From: a virus
DNA: 64,000 bases
Virus record (IMG/VR): IMGVR_UViG_3300031823_000004
Coordinates: 1-64,000 of that record
Reading direction: 5' to 3' (one strand)
Below the pieces are notes generated by a model. That model made no database searches. It worked only from the letters and a program-made list of their open reading frames with translations, and had not been told where the DNA came from. The position numbers were made by a program, and so were the translations under genes. Below are positions 61,927 to 64,000 of this stretch, one piece after another (position 1 is the stretch's first letter; every line of letters starts with the position of its first letter).

Positions 61927-64000
61927 CTACTCCGCAGCCTCCATAATCGCCGGTACGATCTCCTCGTACGCAGCCTTCCACGCCCCCAGATCGGACCCAA
62001 AACCGAATAGCTCGGCCGCCTTGTCCGGCTGTTCGCTCAGCCAGGGTGCGACCAGCATCGGGTCGATCGGGTCGATACTGACCGGGATCCCCAGCGCGGC
62101 AAGACAGCGCAAGGCCTCGACCGGGGGTGCCGGTCCGGCTGCGCCGATCAGCGAGCGCAGCACGATCCGGTCGATCCCCAGCCGCTTCAGCCCGGCGGCG
62201 ATTTCCTTTGGCCGCCGGATATCCCAGCCGTCCAGGTTCGCCGGTGCCGGTGCGGCCAGCCGCAGCATGAAGCCGTCGAGAACGCCGCAGAACACCGTCT
62301 GGCCGACCCGCATCCGGGCCACGGACTGGCCGCTCGCGCCCGGCATGTCATTGATCGTCAGCACCCGCACCGTGTCCAGGCGAGGCCGCTTTTCATCCCA
62401 TAGCAGCATGTCGCGGTTCAACCCGGAGATCGTGGCGCCGCCCTGCGCCGTCGCAACAGCCAGGCAGGGGTGCCAGTACGGATCGGCGTCCGGCCAGCGC
62501 GCAGCGAAACGCACATTGTCGTCCGCCAACTGCTTCAGCGTGTTGGCCTGGTCGTTCGGATTGGTACGCGAGGTGCCTTCCGGGTGCAGCAGTTCCGCCG
62601 ACATCTCGACGACGTTGCGCAGCCCCAGCTTCCGCAGCTTCATGCAGAAATCGGTATCCCCGTAATTCAGCGGGAAAACCTTGTCGTCGAAGCCGCCAGC
62701 CCGACTGAAGTTTGCACGCGAAACCAGCATGCAGGCACCGGTCACCGCCTGCGCCTCGTGGTTCAGCATAGCCAGCCAGCCGTTACCGGCCTGACCATTC
62801 GGCAGCCCCTTCAACAGGTGCCCGGCGATCCCCTGGTGCACCACAACGCCAACGTGTTGCACGATACCGGCAGGGTGGATCAGCCGCGCACCGACAGCGC
62901 CGACATCCGGCCGAATCGCATGGCCCATCATCGCGTCGAGCCAGTACTCCGTGCCGAACTGCACGTCATCGTTGACAAAGCACAGGTACTCGCCATTAAT
63001 GTGGCGCACCGCCTCATTCATGCAGCCGGACCAGTTGAACTTCCCATCCGGCGCTGCCCAGTGGACAGTGCTCACACGCGGATCGTTCTGTGCAGCACCA
63101 AGTTCCGGCCAATCACGTTCAGGACCGTTCTGCATCACGATGATTTCGAAATTCGGATATCGGGTGTGCTGGCGGATCGTGTTGACGCACGGCTGAATCA
63201 GCCGCCCGGCACCAAGCGTCGGTATGATGATCGACACCAGCGGCGCACAGTTGTCGACATCCCACTTACGCTTTACGGCGAGCGCGCCGGGCAGCATGGG
63301 ATGCGCGCTGACGTCGATCGCGTCTCCGTAGCGGTGTTCGATCGCCATCTGCCGATTGAGCGCCGACATCGCCAACTCTTCCGGGGTCGCCTCGCGAACG
63401 ATAACCAGCGGCTCCGGGATATGCTGAAAGGCTTTTGCGCCATGAGTTTCCGCGACAGCCAACACATGGCTGTACAAACTCGTACGGTTTTGCGGAATAC
63501 CTACTGTATAGCTCATATATCCTACGCGCACTGCGCAGATCGGCGTGACGTAATCACGCGCCAAAAACAGTTCCAGATCGAAGTCCGGTTTGAAATCCGG
63601 ATACACATGACCCTCGGTATTGCGAAATTCATTGTCGCCATACACTACCAGAACATCATCAGGCGCACTGGCACAGGCAGCGCGCAGCGTGGCGAGACCG
63701 TTCACCCTCCAGTCAACGGTGTCGTCGATGAAAACGACCCACTCCGATGTAATGTCCTTCGCGCCGAACACGGCAACAAACAGCGACGCCGCCGCTGCTT
63801 TCTCGTAATCCGGGTCCGGCACGTCGCCCTTCAGCGCCGACCAGGATGCATAGTCGTGCCCAAAACCAGCCATGCCCGGCTGGGGTCCGGCCCAGCGCAT
63901 GCGCAGCATGTCGAGTTCGACGTCAAGCCGCTCCTGCTTCGACAGGTTCTCCACCGGCAGGTTGCCGAGGGCGTTGCCGTAGCCGCGAAGCTGGAGCCGC
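61927..64000 (-). CDS. Glycosyltransferase family 2 with tandem GT-A domains; 5' end outside the window
   Basis: WVVFIDD, YGD...FKPDFD.ELF, PLVSIIIPT, YLCFVNDD, VGAVGARL, AVTGACMLV, GGFD...YGDTDFC; frame open to the window edge. Confidence 0.9.
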   Translation of the reverse strand, partial: RLQLRGYGNALGNLPVENLSKQERLDVELDMLRMRWAGPQPGMAGFGHDYASWSALKGDVPDPDYEKAAAASLFVAVFGAKDITSEWVVFIDDTVDWRVNGLATLRAACASAPDDVLVVYGDNEFRNTEGHVYPDFKPDFDLELFLARDYVTPICAVRVGYMSYTVGIPQNRTSLYSHVLAVAETHGAKAFQHIPEPLVIVREATPEELAMSALNRQMAIEHRYGDAIDVSAHPMLPGALAVKRKWDVDNCAPLVSIIIPTLGAGRLIQPCVNTIRQHTRYPNFEIIVMQNGPERDWPELGAAQNDPRVSTVHWAAPDGKFNWSGCMNEAVRHINGEYLCFVNDDVQFGTEYWLDAMMGHAIRPDVGAVGARLIHPAGIVQHVGVVVHQGIAGHLLKGLPNGQAGNGWLAMLNHEAQAVTGACMLVSRANFSRAGGFDDKVFPLNYGDTDFCMKLRKLGLRNVVEMSAELLHPEGTSRTNPNDQANTLKQLADDNVRFAARWPDADPYWHPCLAVATAQGGATISGLNRDMLLWDEKRPRLDTVRVLTINDMPGASGQSVARMRVGQTVFCGVLDGFMLRLAAPAPANLDGWDIRRPKEIAAGLKRLGIDRIVLRSLIGAAGPAPPVEALRCLAALGIPVSIDPIDPMLVAPWLSEQPDKAAELFGFGSDLGAWKAAYEEIVPAIMEAAE

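Overview
A 64-kb segment of a GC-rich, contractile-tailed dsDNA phage (myovirus morphotype). The host is probably an acidophilic alphaproteobacterium, inferred from TTGAC/TTGCGC-N17-TA promoters, a sedolisin protease and Lys-depleted virion proteins. 1-16 kb (+) is replication and nucleotide metabolism: class II RNR 3' end, an atypical tRNA, SNF2 helicase, HAD phosphatase, DUF2800 nuclease, DUF2815 SSB, SLOG, DUF1643 and an intein-split family A polymerase. 16-25 kb holds GT9, YkgJ and methyltransferase genes, regulators, and a lysis-like region (GH108, holin-like, S53 protease, lipase). 25-37 kb (+) is baseplate and fibre genes. 37-60 kb (-) is hub, tape measure, chaperones, tube, sheath, neck, capsid, scaffold and protease. 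The window ends in a partial GT2. No terminase, portal or integrase was recognised. Best leads: (1) strong Ser-Gly enrichment confined to predicted exposed virion domains together with phage GT2/GT9/methyltransferase, suggesting sequon-directed virion glycosylation; (2) an HNH nuclease overprinted in the +1 frame of the polymerase intein; (3) a circularly permuted lipase coupled to a prodomain-less sedolisin; (4) unannotated structured RNAs and a 14-bp operator shared by three promoters; (5) a +1 TTT-CGA frameshift, a 9-nt-loop GAA tRNA and probable CTG/ATC/ATA starts. All family calls come from motif recognition by eye and all counts are manual; no searches were run.
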